Positions 40,772 through 51,483 of a stretch of DNA of 64,000 bases are shown here, piece by piece. A program made the translations under genes and the position numbers. Source of the DNA: an uncultured Methanomicrobiales archaeon (GTDB lineage: Archaea > Halobacteriota > Methanomicrobia > Methanomicrobiales > Methanospirillaceae); contig OY969100.1 of assembly GCA_963697895.1 (NCBI GenBank), forward strand, positions 1,504,001 to 1,568,000. Reading direction: 5' to 3'. The notes under the pieces are model-generated. The model saw only the letters and a program-made list of their open reading frames with translations, was not told where the DNA came from and did not search any database. Position 1 is the first letter of the stretch. Each line of letters starts with the position of its first letter.

Positions 40772-41782
40772 TCAGAGAATGATCTCAATATCTAATTTTT
40801 CGGCCAATTCCTTATATCTGTTCCTGATAGTGACCTCGGTCACCCCTGCTACTTCTGCCACTTCCCGCTGGGTACGCCGCTCACCTCCGAGGATCGATGA
40901 AATATAGATGGCGGCTGCCGCGACTCCGGTCGGGCCTCTCCCGCTCGTAAGTTCTCGTTCTCCTGCCTGACGGAGGATCTCCACAGCTCTGCTCTGCACC
41001 TCTCCTTTCAGGTTCAGCCCCGAACAGAACCGTGGGACATAATCGATCGGGGATGTGGGAAGCAGCTTCAGTCCGAGCTCACGGGATATGAAGCGGTATG
41101 TTCTTCCTATTTCCTTCCGTGACACCCGAGAAACCTCGGCGATTTCATCGAGTGTTCGTGGAACACTGCACTGCCTGCATGCGGCATAGAGTGCGGCTGC
41201 TGCAACGCCCTCTATACTTCTGCCGCGGATCAGGTTCTTGTCAACGGCATCCCGGTACACGACTGCTGCAGTCTCCCGGACATTTCGGGGCAGTCCCAAT
41301 GCAGATGCCATACGGTCCAATTCGCTCAGCGCAAACGCAAGATTTCGTTCTGTCGCATTGCTTACCCGGATACGACGTTGCCACTTCCGGAGCCGGTATA
41401 GCTGAGCGCGGTTCTTACTGGATATAGCCCGCCCATAGGAGTCACGGTTCCTCCAGTCGATCATTGTCGAAAGACCCTTATCATGAATAGTGAACGTCAT
41501 CGGCGCACCGACCCGTGACCGCTTCATCCGCTGATCATGATCAAATGCCCGCCACTCCGGACCGCGATCGATGAAATCCTCATCGATAACCAGTCCGCAC
41601 GCCTGGCATACCAGTTCTGCCCGCTCATAATCGTGAACGAGCTGCCGGCTGCCACATTCCGGACACACGGTTTCTGTATGATTTTCAGCCTTTTTCTCGT
41701 GTTCCTTCACCCGCTCCTTGAGCCGGGCTTTCAAGGCTTCCCTTTCGTTCTGAAGGACTTTTAACTTTTCAACTTCCTGCAT
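40772..41782 (-). CDS. tfb: Transcription initiation factor IIB
   Basis: CPECG..CQACG Zn ribbon, GPEWRAF, two cyclin folds. Confidence 0.97.
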   Translation of the reverse strand: MQEVEKLKVLQNEREALKARLKERVKEHEKKAENHTETVCPECGSRQLVHDYERAELVCQACGLVIDEDFIDRGPEWRAFDHDQRMKRSRVGAPMTFTIHDKGLSTMIDWRNRDSYGRAISSKNRAQLYRLRKWQRRIRVSNATERNLAFALSELDRMASALGLPRNVRETAAVVYRDAVDKNLIRGRSIEGVAAAALYAACRQCSVPRTLDEIAEVSRVSRKEIGRTYRFISRELGLKLLPTSPIDYVPRFCSGLNLKGEVQSRAVEILRQAGERELTSGRGPTGVAAAAIYISSILGGERRTQREVAEVAGVTEVTIRNRYKELAEKLDIEIIL

Positions 41783-41801
41783 GGTAGATTCTCCTTTACC
41801 T

Positions 41802-42026
41802 CTATTTCACAAACACGTTCTCTCCGATCTCTGTATCACACCGGTTCCGGCACTGGATTGCGGCATACGGCATGGAAACATTTCCAAATACATCCACAAT
41901 CCTTCCCACAGGCTTCATCCGCCGGTCAACCACCTCGCTATACAAACGGGGGAGGTTGGCAGCATCGCACGAAACGATCAACGTGCGACTGCCGTATCTA
42001 CGCATCACACGACCGACAGACCGCAA
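41802..42026 (-). CDS. gar1: H/ACA RNP component Gar1
   Basis: [13 protein letters not shown] motif; conserved position upstream of tfb. Confidence 0.8.
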   Translation of the reverse strand: MRSVGRVMRRYGSRTLIVSCDAANLPRLYSEVVDRRMKPVGRIVDVFGNVSMPYAAIQCRNRCDTEIGENVFVK

Positions 42027-42141
42027 GAAATAACCTCAGGGGGGATTGACGCAGTTGGAGACCTGCAGCTGGAATGATTTAGTAATCTATATATATAGTA
42101 TTAATCACTATTTAAACTTTTTGTGAAATTATAAATAAAAT

Positions 42142-42795
42142 TTATTTTGCGAGCCATTCTTCAATATTTAAAGACAGTGCCTTTCGGGCCTCTTCTTCCG
42201 TGAGCCCCGCCCCGCGGCTCACCATCCATTTCGCGCGCTCATCGAGGAGATCGTGAGGGCCATGCGCGTCTGAGTTGATTACCAGGCGGCATCCCGCTTC
42301 GCGTGCTGTCCGGGTGACATGTCCATTGGTCCGGTTATGCCCGCCACGGGAGGTGATCTCCAATGCAATATCGCGTTTTGCCGCATCAGCTGCATCTTCG
42401 TGCGTGATCAGTCCGGGATGGGCAAGGATGTCTACAGCGTCACAGGTGCACGCAGCATGATTGGTTCCCGGTGCAACCGGTTCCACAGGGGATTCTCCAT
42501 GGACGACCACGATATCGGCCCCCGCCGATTTCGCGATCGCTGCCAGTGCCGGTATCTGTTCGGGCGGAACGTGTGTGATCTCCACTCCACAGAGAAGACG
42601 AACCCCGAACAACCCTGCCGATTCTTTTATCCTCTGAATCTGCTCAACCACCATAGGGGTATTCGAATAATCCGCGTGGTCGGTTATCCCGACAGTGGAA
42701 TAACCCAGTATCGCCATTCGACGGATTAGTTCAGTCGGGAGCATTTCGCCATCGGTGAGGGTGGAATGGGTATGCAGGTCATAGCCCCCTCTCAT
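42142..42795 (-). CDS. PHP-family hydrolase (histidinol phosphatase-like)
   Basis: DLHTHS, ITDH, GVEITHVPP, VHGE, AHPG, NSDAH. Confidence 0.88.
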   Translation of the reverse strand: MRGGYDLHTHSTLTDGEMLPTELIRRMAILGYSTVGITDHADYSNTPMVVEQIQRIKESAGLFGVRLLCGVEITHVPPEQIPALAAIAKSAGADIVVVHGESPVEPVAPGTNHAACTCDAVDILAHPGLITHEDAADAAKRDIALEITSRGGHNRTNGHVTRTAREAGCRLVINSDAHGPHDLLDERAKWMVSRGAGLTEEEARKALSLNIEEWLAK

Positions 42796-43076
42796 TTCCT
42801 GGCCTCCGTTTTCACTTCCATGCGGGCGGCAACTTTCTTAAGAAGCAGTTCCTTACTCCCATCCCATACAACCACGATTCGTCCTTCACGGCGCCACCAG
42901 TGAGCAGGATGGTGTTTTTCTTCGATCCGATACGACAACCCGGCCTTCTTTGCCGCGTGTTCCAGTTCGGCAAGGCCGGCGTTCCTGATGCCACGTGACC
43001 GGGAGACTCTCCGGCCTTCTTTCCGCTGCAGATTTACGTTAAAATAGCACGGATAGAGGACGCGCTCTCCTTTCAT
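42792..43076 (-). CDS. srp19: Signal recognition particle 19 kDa protein
   Basis: LYPCYF...EGRRV, KHHP.HWW.REGRI. Confidence 0.9.
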   Translation of the reverse strand: MKGERVLYPCYFNVNLQRKEGRRVSRSRGIRNAGLAELEHAAKKAGLSYRIEEKHHPAHWWRREGRIVVVWDGSKELLLKKVAARMEVKTEARK

Positions 43077-43131
43077 ACGGTTACTGTTGGATGGTGAATC
43101 TATAAACAGTGTACGGTTCAACCTTAGTATC

Positions 43132-43779
43132 ATGCACCACATAGACGTCAGGATCGAAAAAGATGTATATGACGTCAATAACCGTATAGCCGACGCAAAT
43201 GCGAAAACCCTGAAAGAGCACGGAGTTCGGGCAATTGACCTTCTGGGAGCGATCGGGTCAGGAAAAACAGCTCTAATCGAGGGCCTTGTACCACTTCTCC
43301 GGGCGCGTGGTATCCGGGCGGGCGCTATTGCCGGCGATGTTTACGGGGATGATGATTTCAAGCGGATCATCGAACTCGGCATTCCTGCAGTCAATGCCAA
43401 TACGGGAAAGGAATGCCACCTTGATGCTCATCTGGTGGAACACGCCATCGAACATCTCCCTCTTGACACAATCGACCTTCTCTTTATCGAGAATGTGGGT
43501 AATATGGTCTGCCCAACAGATTTTCGCCTCGGTGCAGAGAAACGGATCGTCATCGTAAGCTCGACGGAGGGAGACGATGTGGTCAATAAGCACCCGATGA
43601 TGTTCCGCGATTGCCAGATCGGGGTGATAAATAAGGTGGATCTCGCACCTCTTGTCGGTGCAGATCTTTCACGCATGGAAAGGGATATGAAACGGTACAA
43701 TCCCGATATAAGGATCTTTCATACCAACCTGAAGACCCGTGTTGGTCTGGATCCGCTCGTGGACATGATCCTCGCATGA
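43132..43779 (+). CDS. hypB: Hydrogenase nickel incorporation GTPase HypB
   Basis: GAIGSGKT, ECHLDAH, ENVGNMVCP, NKVDL. Confidence 0.95.
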   Translation: MHHIDVRIEKDVYDVNNRIADANAKTLKEHGVRAIDLLGAIGSGKTALIEGLVPLLRARGIRAGAIAGDVYGDDDFKRIIELGIPAVNANTGKECHLDAHLVEHAIEHLPLDTIDLLFIENVGNMVCPTDFRLGAEKRIVIVSSTEGDDVVNKHPMMFRDCQIGVINKVDLAPLVGADLSRMERDMKRYNPDIRIFHTNLKTRVGLDPLVDMILA

Positions 43780-43877
43780 CCAGAGTTGTTATATATCCAG
43801 AATAGAAAATAGTAAAAGCACTCTGACAGGGGACATTTCCCGTCAGCACTTAAAATTATCCGGGAGGAAGGTCGTAT

Positions 43878-44255
43878 ATGCTTTGGCAGGGAAGATCAGT
43901 CAGACAAGTAACCGGCGGACGATATAAGCCGGCACAAGGCAAAAGAAGGAGAGAGATCGGATCAGCAGCAGCTGATACCCATATTGGCGAAGACCGACAT
44001 AAGATCGTCCGCACTTTCGGGGGAACTCACAAGGTTAGGGCAATGCGCACGCTTTATGCGATGGTAGCAGATCGTTCCAGCGGTTTAGTGAAGCGGGCAA
44101 GAATTGAGACGGTTGAAGAGAACTCAGCGAATCCTAACTATGTCCGACGGAACCTCCTCACTAAAGGGGCAATTATCAGGACTGATCTCGGCCGTGCGCG
44201 AATTATGAGCCGTCCGGGGCAGGATGGCGTCATCAATGCGGTTATAATTGAGTAA
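43878..44255 (+). CDS. rps8e: 30S ribosomal protein S8e
   Basis: WQGRS..TGGR, RRNLLTKGAII, SRPGQDGVINA. Confidence 0.97.
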   Translation: MLWQGRSVRQVTGGRYKPAQGKRRREIGSAAADTHIGEDRHKIVRTFGGTHKVRAMRTLYAMVADRSSGLVKRARIETVEENSANPNYVRRNLLTKGAIIRTDLGRARIMSRPGQDGVINAVIIE

Positions 44256-44578
44256 AAACTATTTTTCGTTGGTTTGGTGAAGTGAGCATCAACCCGGATT
44301 AGAGGTAAATGAATCAATTTGCGGAATTCGGCTTTCTGATGAGTATTATCAGACTTCGTAAAAAAAGAATTGATACGGAGGAGGTCAAAAGTCGTATTCG
44401 GATTGAATGTAGGAGTAGTGGATACGACTTTTGTTGAGGATAATATAGGTTATTTAGAGGTTAATATATTGTGATTGCGGCAGATCGATGATGAATTTCA
44501 TCCAGGCTTCACACACGTATTATCATCAGAATTAATCTCCGAAGATCGGGGCAATCTGTTTTGGTATAGCTGATTTTT

Positions 44579-44995
44579 TTAGCGCTGTTCCTCGTATGCC
44601 TTTCTGGCTTTTTCGAGTGCCTCTTTAATGTCTTTCATCGCTGCATCCAGCCCTTTTTTTACTTCTTCCAGAGCCGCTCCGCTTGCTTTTTTAACTTTGT
44701 CCGCTTCTTTCATCAACTCTTTGTGCCTGGCCTCGAAATCTTTCATCTGTTTATCATACTCTTCTTTCGCCTTCGACACCGCTTTATCGCCTTTTTCCTG
44801 CAATTCTTTGATCTTCGCTTGTAAATCTTTTATCTGCTTTTCATATTCGGTTTTTATTGTTTCGTTCGCTTTATCGGCTCTTTTCTGCAGGTTCTCGATC
44901 TGATCTGCCCAGTCATCTATCTGGGACTTTGCTTTTTCTGCATATTCACGAGCCGCTTTCTTTTGTTTTTGTGCCTCTTCCTCTGTACTGGTCAT
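44579..44995 (-). CDS. Small K/E/A-rich coiled-coil protein
   Basis: Heptad-like charged repeats, own TATA-like atatatatta upstream; function unknown. Confidence 0.7.
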   Translation of the reverse strand: MTSTEEEAQKQKKAAREYAEKAKSQIDDWADQIENLQKRADKANETIKTEYEKQIKDLQAKIKELQEKGDKAVSKAKEEYDKQMKDFEARHKELMKEADKVKKASGAALEEVKKGLDAAMKDIKEALEKARKAYEEQR

Positions 44996-45230
44996 GATTC
45001 ACAGATTGCCCTTATCGCATATATATTATGAGGGTTCACCTGAGTATGTCGCGTATAAACGGACTTCGTGCCCGGCCTATTCCCCGTCATATGCTTTACG
45101 AATCCTTTCAACAGGTACTCTTATTCGAAACGATTGATTGATTGCCATGCGAATACAGTATATGACTGTCCATGCAATCACCATTTATCATCTGGGGGTT
45201 CGAAGTGATAGATCGCCCGGGGGTGAGAAT

Positions 45231-45692
45231 GTAACTATTCTGGCAACGATCGCCGCTCCATTCAGACATACCCGGAAAGATCGCCTGAAAAAAAATGAGA
45301 TCGTGTATTATCTCGCATTTGATCGAAAATGGATGAGTATCGAGCAGGCGAATCTACTTCTGGATCGGGCAATGGAAGAGGGGTTAATCGCGTACGAGGG
45401 CGATATGATCCGGCCGCTCTTTGATATAAATGGGGTTGAGATTCCCCTCGGATTCAAACCCTCATCAGGGATATTTAAAAGGGTTGATCCTGTGCAGTCA
45501 ATCATTGATCGTATTGCAGATTTGACCGGAAGATCTGCACCTTCCATAGTGGCAGAGCTAAACCAGTTAATCGAACAACAGTTTGATGGAAAAATCAGGC
45601 CCGAGGCTGCAATTATTCTCATAGCGAAAAAAAACCGGGTTCCATTTGAGGATACTCTTTCAGCTCTTGAAGAGCAGGTGTTAAAAAAATAA
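45231..45692 (+). CDS. DUF2240 family protein (start uncertain)
   Basis: IAAPFRH, LAFDRKWMS..QA, EIPLGFKPS. Confidence 0.8.
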   Translation, partial: VTILATIAAPFRHTRKDRLKKNEIVYYLAFDRKWMSIEQANLLLDRAMEEGLIAYEGDMIRPLFDINGVEIPLGFKPSSGIFKRVDPVQSIIDRIADLTGRSAPSIVAELNQLIEQQFDGKIRPEAAIILIAKKNRVPFEDTLSALEEQVLKK

Positions 45693-45693
45693 T

Positions 45694-46098
45694 TCAGGCG
45701 GCCTTTTCAGCCGGGGCTGGTTTTACAAAGTATTCTTCGAGCGGTTTTTCCCCATAAACACTTACGCGTGCGTTGATCTGGACGAAGTCCGGCGTGATCT
45801 CATTTCCTCTGATCGCTTTCCGACGGCGCTCTCCGTCCATAACCGGTCTGAAACCTACCCCACCCGATAAGAGAAGTTTCCTTCGTCCTGATGAGGGAAG
45901 ATTCTTCTTTGCCGGCGTTCCGTTCTTATCCGAACCTCCCGTTAACTCCATTTTATAGCCGGGCAACCCAATTCCTGAAGCATCGACTTCTTCTCCGATA
46001 CGGCGGCCTATAAGGGCGTTTGCTGAACCCCCGCTCACATCGACATTGTACGCACGGCCTGTCCGTGAATCAGAGAGTACAACTTTGAATTCCACCAT
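45694..46098 (-). CDS. rps6e: 30S ribosomal protein S6e
   Basis: FKVVLSD, LTGGSDKNGTP, GERRRKAIRGN. Confidence 0.97.
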   Translation of the reverse strand: MVEFKVVLSDSRTGRAYNVDVSGGSANALIGRRIGEEVDASGIGLPGYKMELTGGSDKNGTPAKKNLPSSGRRKLLLSGGVGFRPVMDGERRRKAIRGNEITPDFVQINARVSVYGEKPLEEYFVKPAPAEKAA

Positions 46099-46243
46099 TT
46101 TATATCACTCCATATCATTCATCTACCCGGTTTCACCGGCTTTTGAACCATTCTCTCAAGTTCTCTCCTGATGCCGGCAAATTAAACCGGCGGTCAGACA
46201 ACTGAGAAGTACCCATAAGATTGGGCGAGCTGCATATAAAAGA

Positions 46244-48022
46244 TTACTTACCCCAAAAGGGATCGGCACGCCGTTTCATCCGGGTGAACTCATGGAGAAC
46301 CTCCTGCGTGATGATCGGCAAATGGGAGATCATCTCCTTTTCAAGCACTTTGACATGCCGTTCGGGTATATCCACATACAGCTCATCATCGACGGAGAAT
46401 TGGCGGCCGAATGTGGCCCCTTCGATAGAGATTGCCACTTCTTTTCCCGCTTCCGCCTCACGGATGGATTCCTGGTTGTACTGGATGGATTTGAGGTGCC
46501 CCACTTTCTTTCCGTCGAGCTGGATCAGGTTTACATCAGTCCGGAGGGTCCCCCCGATTACCCTCACTCCCACCACGGCAGGGTTGCTCTGTCGGAAAAT
46601 GCAATGGGGAAGGATCCGAATCCTGGCTGGCATAACGATCTGCTCATATTTTTGTTGTTCTATCAACCTCTTCAGGTCATCTCGCCACTGAATGTAGGCA
46701 TCAACCAGCTGGTAGATCACTTTTGCCTCTATGACCTTCACATGCGAATAACCCGGATCCCGGATCATATCCGATGCGTCGGGAAGAAGCGGGGTGTTAA
46801 AGGCGAGAAGAACCCGATAATATGGATTTTTTATGGTTTCGGTATCGATCAGATCGTGGCGGCTGACCGGTCCAACATCCGCACGCATCACAGTGATCTC
46901 TTTTGCCTCCAGTTCTTTTGAGAGTGCCTCCAGTCCACCAATTGAGTCGGCCTTGATGATTAGCCCTTCCGCGGAGAGGTTAACATTTATAGATTCCATC
47001 TCGTGACGGAGAGACTCGATCACTTCTTCAGGGTTGCCCCGTACCACACGTATGGGGGAGCCGGCAATTACTCTTTCAAGCCCGGGGGCCGTAACCTTGA
47101 TCCCGGCCGCAGCGGTGACAGACTTCGCTCTGTCGAATCGATCTTCCACGAGAATCTCCTTTAATGGGCGGGGTTTTAAGAGGGATCTTACCTTTGTGAT
47201 CCGGACCCCCTCTGCTGTAACAATGCCGATCTCATCACCGACTGACAGGGTTCCGTCGTACAGAATTACATCAAGGGTTGTTCCCAGGCCGCGCTCCTCT
47301 TTCACTTCCAGGACCGTACCGGTTCCCGGGCCATCGACGGTAAGCACCAGCGTGTCTTCCATGTAACGCTGCGCGAGCCCGATCATGACCATGAGGATCT
47401 CAGCAATTCCTTCCCCGGTGTGAGCGCTGACAGGAACGATCGCAAGATTTCTTCGAAAATCGCTTACCCGATCGAAACGCTCAGCGGAAAATCCAAGATC
47501 TGACAACGCACCGACCAGTTCATATAGTTTTGTCTCGAGTAACTCCTTTACCCGGTCATTTTGTCGATCGAATGACTTTAAAAACGTCTCATTCTCATGA
47601 ACTCGCCAGCCATGGATGCGGTCTATCTTCGTGGCTGCGATGACAAAAGGTGTCCGGTAATTCCTGAGTATCTGTAACGCCTCTATGGTCTGGGGCTGGA
47701 ATCCCTGGTTGATATCCACCACAAGGATCGCCATGTCCGCAAGCGCCCCACCCCGGGCTCTAAGAGTGGTGAATGCATGGTGACCCGGGGTGTCGATAAA
47801 GAGGAGACCGGGAATATTGAATGTCATATTCTCCATAGTCCCACTCATTTTCTGGATTGCATCGATCGGCACAAGAGTCGCCCCGATATGTTGGGTGATC
47901 GCTCCCTCTTCGGTGCTGACCACCGATGATCCACGAATCCTGTCGAGGAGGGAGGTCTTTCCATGATCAACGTGGCCAAGCACGCAAACAATAGGTGTCC
48001 TTACCCTGTTCATCCTCGCCAT
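46244..48022 (-). CDS. infB: Translation initiation factor IF-2 (aIF5B)
   Basis: RTPIVCVLGHVDHGKT, ITQHIGA, DTPGH, FWGK end; no intein; start within 48013-48034. Confidence 0.97.
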   Translation of the reverse strand: MARMNRVRTPIVCVLGHVDHGKTSLLDRIRGSSVVSTEEGAITQHIGATLVPIDAIQKMSGTMENMTFNIPGLLFIDTPGHHAFTTLRARGGALADMAILVVDINQGFQPQTIEALQILRNYRTPFVIAATKIDRIHGWRVHENETFLKSFDRQNDRVKELLETKLYELVGALSDLGFSAERFDRVSDFRRNLAIVPVSAHTGEGIAEILMVMIGLAQRYMEDTLVLTVDGPGTGTVLEVKEERGLGTTLDVILYDGTLSVGDEIGIVTAEGVRITKVRSLLKPRPLKEILVEDRFDRAKSVTAAAGIKVTAPGLERVIAGSPIRVVRGNPEEVIESLRHEMESINVNLSAEGLIIKADSIGGLEALSKELEAKEITVMRADVGPVSRHDLIDTETIKNPYYRVLLAFNTPLLPDASDMIRDPGYSHVKVIEAKVIYQLVDAYIQWRDDLKRLIEQQKYEQIVMPARIRILPHCIFRQSNPAVVGVRVIGGTLRTDVNLIQLDGKKVGHLKSIQYNQESIREAEAGKEVAISIEGATFGRQFSVDDELYVDIPERHVKVLEKEMISHLPIITQEVLHEFTRMKRRADPFWGK

Positions 48023-48371
48023 TCGTATCACCACAACGCATTTACTGACCTGAACCGGTGATCCCTGAAAAACATCGCGATGAATATGAAACTCGGTTGT
48101 GAAATGAAGACCGAATCTTCACGTTCTCCTCACGAATCACGCGTATGCGGATTTCACCGCTCCTGCACAGTAATGACACCGGGAGGTTATATATAACCAC
48201 CCGATACAGGTAGCGCCGGGGAAGCCTATCGGATAGAATCAGCCTACCAGTATGCATTTTCCGATTCGAAAAAACAGATTCCGGCGGCTTTAAACCTTTG
48301 CTGAAATTGTATTAAGGCTGTTCTGGCGAGCTATTAAATAGCGTCACAGACAAAAATAGTGATACAATTCT

Positions 48372-48444
48372 GCCAGGGTAGGGTAGTTGGTCATCCTAGG
48401 GGACTGTGGATCCCCCGACCCGGGTTCGAGTCTCGGCCCTGGCC
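48372..48444 (+). tRNA. tRNA-His(GTG)
   Basis: GCCAGGG acceptor; anticodon arm GGGGA-CT-GTG-GA-TCCCC; TTCGAGT T-loop. Confidence 0.95.
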
Positions 48445-48564
48445 TAATTACCTATGGTTAAGGTCTGGTTACTATAGTTGTCACGATTTGTCCGTCTTGA
48501 GCGTGACGGCATCGCTTTGTGGTACTCGCGCGAGAGAGGTGTCAGATTGGTGAGAATTTGGACA

Positions 48565-49363
48565 TCAACTTACAGCCGCCAAATCACTTCGTATCCGACG
48601 TCGCATATACCATTCTACCAACAAGCCAATGACATGATATAACGGATTTACCGGTACGTCCACATAATACCGTTTTCCCTTCTCGAGCCATCCCTGATCG
48701 GTCCAGTAGGTATGATCTGCCGGCGCCAGATCACCCAGCTCATCGCTGGGCGCTCGCCCGATGTGGAACCCAATCACGTCGAAGAGCTTGGGCCTGGAGC
48801 GTGTCCTTCTCTGGAGTACGACAAGACAGGCCTCCGCAGCCTTCTGTAACCTTTTTTCATTCTCCTCCACCACATTAGGGCGGGAGAGGGCCAAAGGTCG
48901 CGTGGGATCGTACCCCAACTTGGGCAACGACGTTAAAACCCCAGATACGGGCCACTAGATCCAGATACTTCAGGACATCGTTCATACCTGCCATTCCTGC
49001 CGTGGTAAGAAGCAAGGCCTTTTGCCGGAAGAAGCGGGGACGGTGAAAGATGTAGACGTGGCGATCAATGAATAGCTTCATCAAGTAGGAGACTTGGAAT
49101 CCATACACTGGCGTGGCAAAAATTACACCATCCGCTTCCTTCATTTTTTGCTCTAGAGGAGATGCCTCGTCCTTAAGGGAACAAAACTCCTCTCCCTTCT
49201 CAAAGCATATGTAGCACCCACGACAGTCTTCCAGGTGAAGGTCCTTGAGCAGGACATATTCCCATTCGACCGGCACCTTCTGCTAAATGATCTCCCGAAT
49301 CCGCTCCGCTGCACGGTAGGTATTTCCCTTGCGCGGACTACCCATGATGATCAGAACCTTCAT
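48565..49363 (-). pseudogene. Flavodoxin-like/iron-sulfur flavoprotein pseudogene
   Basis: MKVLIIMGSPRKGNT, CRGCYIC..C, ADGVIFATPVY; in-frame TAG at 49283-49285 and a frameshift near 48877. Confidence 0.8.
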
Positions 49364-49520
49364 AGAGAACACTTGTTGCTATCTCCGTTAATACCGTCTC
49401 ATTTAACAAATTGTTAACAACACCCCTCCAAGAATACGAAGGCAATTAGGCAGATATGATCCCGACCAACCCGATACTCTAATCCTTCTTTTTATTGGTT
49501 TACGTCTGCGTTTGAATTAA

Positions 49521-50507
49521 TTAGATCTTCTTAGTAATCGCAAGATACAGGATATACACGGAGATAATGACCAGAATAATTCCAACCACCAGCCCGTACC
49601 AGGGTATTACCGCAGGTCCCGTTGTTGTAGTTGGAATTACCGGTGTTGCAGCTGATATGGTCTCTATTTCAGATATTACCGTAGAGACTGTCGGCTCCCC
49701 GGTTAAAGATGTTTCAGGGTTGACTACAATTGTTGTAACCTCAGTCACTACGAGTGCTGGAGTTGCGTTCCCGGGTAGACTCCCATTTCCCGTATCGATA
49801 CCGGATCCTGTATTTTCACTACCCGATGTATTATTCATCCCATCAGATAGAGCGTTCGGTGTGGTTGTCACCAATGTGCCCGGCATTGAAGGCGCAGTGG
49901 TCTCCGGGGTCCACGTGATCGGAATACCCCCGTAACCAGTGGAGATCGTCCCATCCCGTATCGATGGGTTGATCAATTCGCCCCCCTCCTCCACTAGATG
50001 GATATTTTTGATACTTATCGCAGAAGTGCCGGATATACCGCCCTCGATAGATATGGTCCCAAACACGATGCCGATGTCCCCGGGTTCGATCTGGTGATTG
50101 AGATCGACACCGCTCATCCTGACACTCGCCGATGGAAGTGTCGATGCTTTGCCGATAGACACCCATGAGGGAAAAGTTACTCCGGTAATATGTGCAACGG
50201 GCGGATTCGAGAGCAGTACGTCGAACTGAAATTCCGCAAGACCAGACGGGGCTTCGTCGAGGAGGATAGTGATGTTCGCAGTTCCGCCTTGTTCGACCGC
50301 TACCGACGATGGATCGAACAGGATCGTGTCTGTTGCAGATGCAGGGATAATAAGAATCGTCATAGCAAAAAGGATAACAAGGAAGATCAGTACCATGCCC
50401 GTTTCATCCCTTGATTGTGCAGATCTGCTGGGGATTGCATATGGTGCCGAATAGGTGGATATACACTCTAAAACAGTGAATTCTCTGGTCGCCATGCTAG
50501 TTGGCAC
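49521..50507 (-). CDS. Cohesin-like domain cell-surface protein with S/T/P linker and C-terminal TM
   Basis: Hydrophobic signal, APSGLA..VLLSNP.VA.I..VTFPSW beta domain, T-rich stalk, TM plus KK tail; start may be near 50396. Confidence 0.7.
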   Translation of the reverse strand: MPTSMATREFTVLECISTYSAPYAIPSRSAQSRDETGMVLIFLVILFAMTILIIPASATDTILFDPSSVAVEQGGTANITILLDEAPSGLAEFQFDVLLSNPPVAHITGVTFPSWVSIGKASTLPSASVRMSGVDLNHQIEPGDIGIVFGTISIEGGISGTSAISIKNIHLVEEGGELINPSIRDGTISTGYGGIPITWTPETTAPSMPGTLVTTTPNALSDGMNNTSGSENTGSGIDTGNGSLPGNATPALVVTEVTTIVVNPETSLTGEPTVSTVISEIETISAATPVIPTTTTGPAVIPWYGLVVGIILVIISVYILYLAITKKI

Positions 50508-51093
50508 ATCCGCAGTCCGAAGCGGATCGGGTGGGGAACGGAGTTATGCTGGAGCCTGCCCCTTCATAATACTCGCCCGGTAAATTTGTATTGCTCCCGG
50601 AGATCTCAGCCGGTCGATTGGTGTCGGGAGTTTCGATCAGTGACCCCGAACCGGATGTCGTATGCATATTGTCGGGTATCCCTCCATTCGCGCTGATGGG
50701 CGCACCCGTTGATTCTCCCAGTACGACTGATGACTCCGTGATTATATCCCCCGATTCCTGGTAGGGCTGAGGGATAAGCGACACAGAGGTTGAACTCATA
50801 TTATAAGCTTGGGGTTGCCCTCCATATCCGGGGTTCATCGTTGGTTCTAAGTACCCGTTATATAATTCACGACTATTGTTTTTGACCAACAATTCCTCTT
50901 GTTTGGTTGCGTCCGGCATCTGGGAACTTTTTCCATCCGTTTTCTGAATGGCCGGTATAAGGGAATTATTCGTGTGGGACAGCGGATCAGTTTGATTCCG
51001 AATCGGCGGCGAATCTTGAACACATCCTGAAAGAATAATGAAACAGATCACCAGAATGAACGGGATGATCACGCGTCTATTCATGTTTCTCAA
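50497..51093 (-). CDS. Hypothetical lipoprotein-like secreted protein
   Basis: IILSGC lipobox-like signal, low-complexity body, ends DCGCAN. Confidence 0.6.
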   Translation of the reverse strand: MRNMNRRVIIPFILVICFIILSGCVQDSPPIRNQTDPLSHTNNSLIPAIQKTDGKSSQMPDATKQEELLVKNNSRELYNGYLEPTMNPGYGGQPQAYNMSSTSVSLIPQPYQESGDIITESSVVLGESTGAPISANGGIPDNMHTTSGSGSLIETPDTNRPAEISGSNTNLPGEYYEGAGSSITPFPTRSASDCGCAN

Positions 51094-51483
51094 TATGTTC
51101 TTGCGATCCGTTAAATTTTCTTCTTATCCGTTCCGTTTTGTATATGTCCTCCGGTTGAATTTTGTGAGAAGGCCTTTTTGCGAGTTTTCCAAAAAGCCGT
51201 TCCGATTGAGAGGACCCGTAGCTCAATTGCAAACAGGAATTTCGTGCTAAAGGAGATTTTGGCTGATATTTGTATTTCACACTAGAAAATATTTTTTCTG
51301 CTTGATACCAAGAAATTTTCCTCAGATATTTTCACGATACTAACGGTTTCACCTGGAGGAAGGAAATGGGAATTGGAAGGGAGATCTGGATTGGGAAATA
51401 GAATTTGTGTATTACTCCCTACAGAGAGTAACTCTACAATTGCTGAATAGTTTTGAACCGCCAGTCCGTCAGTTATACCGGCA

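Noticed and set aside
49283-49285. In-frame TAG as pyrrolysine readthrough
   Set aside because: The same gene also has a frameshift, a CAG>TAG change is simpler, and no pyl genes are visible
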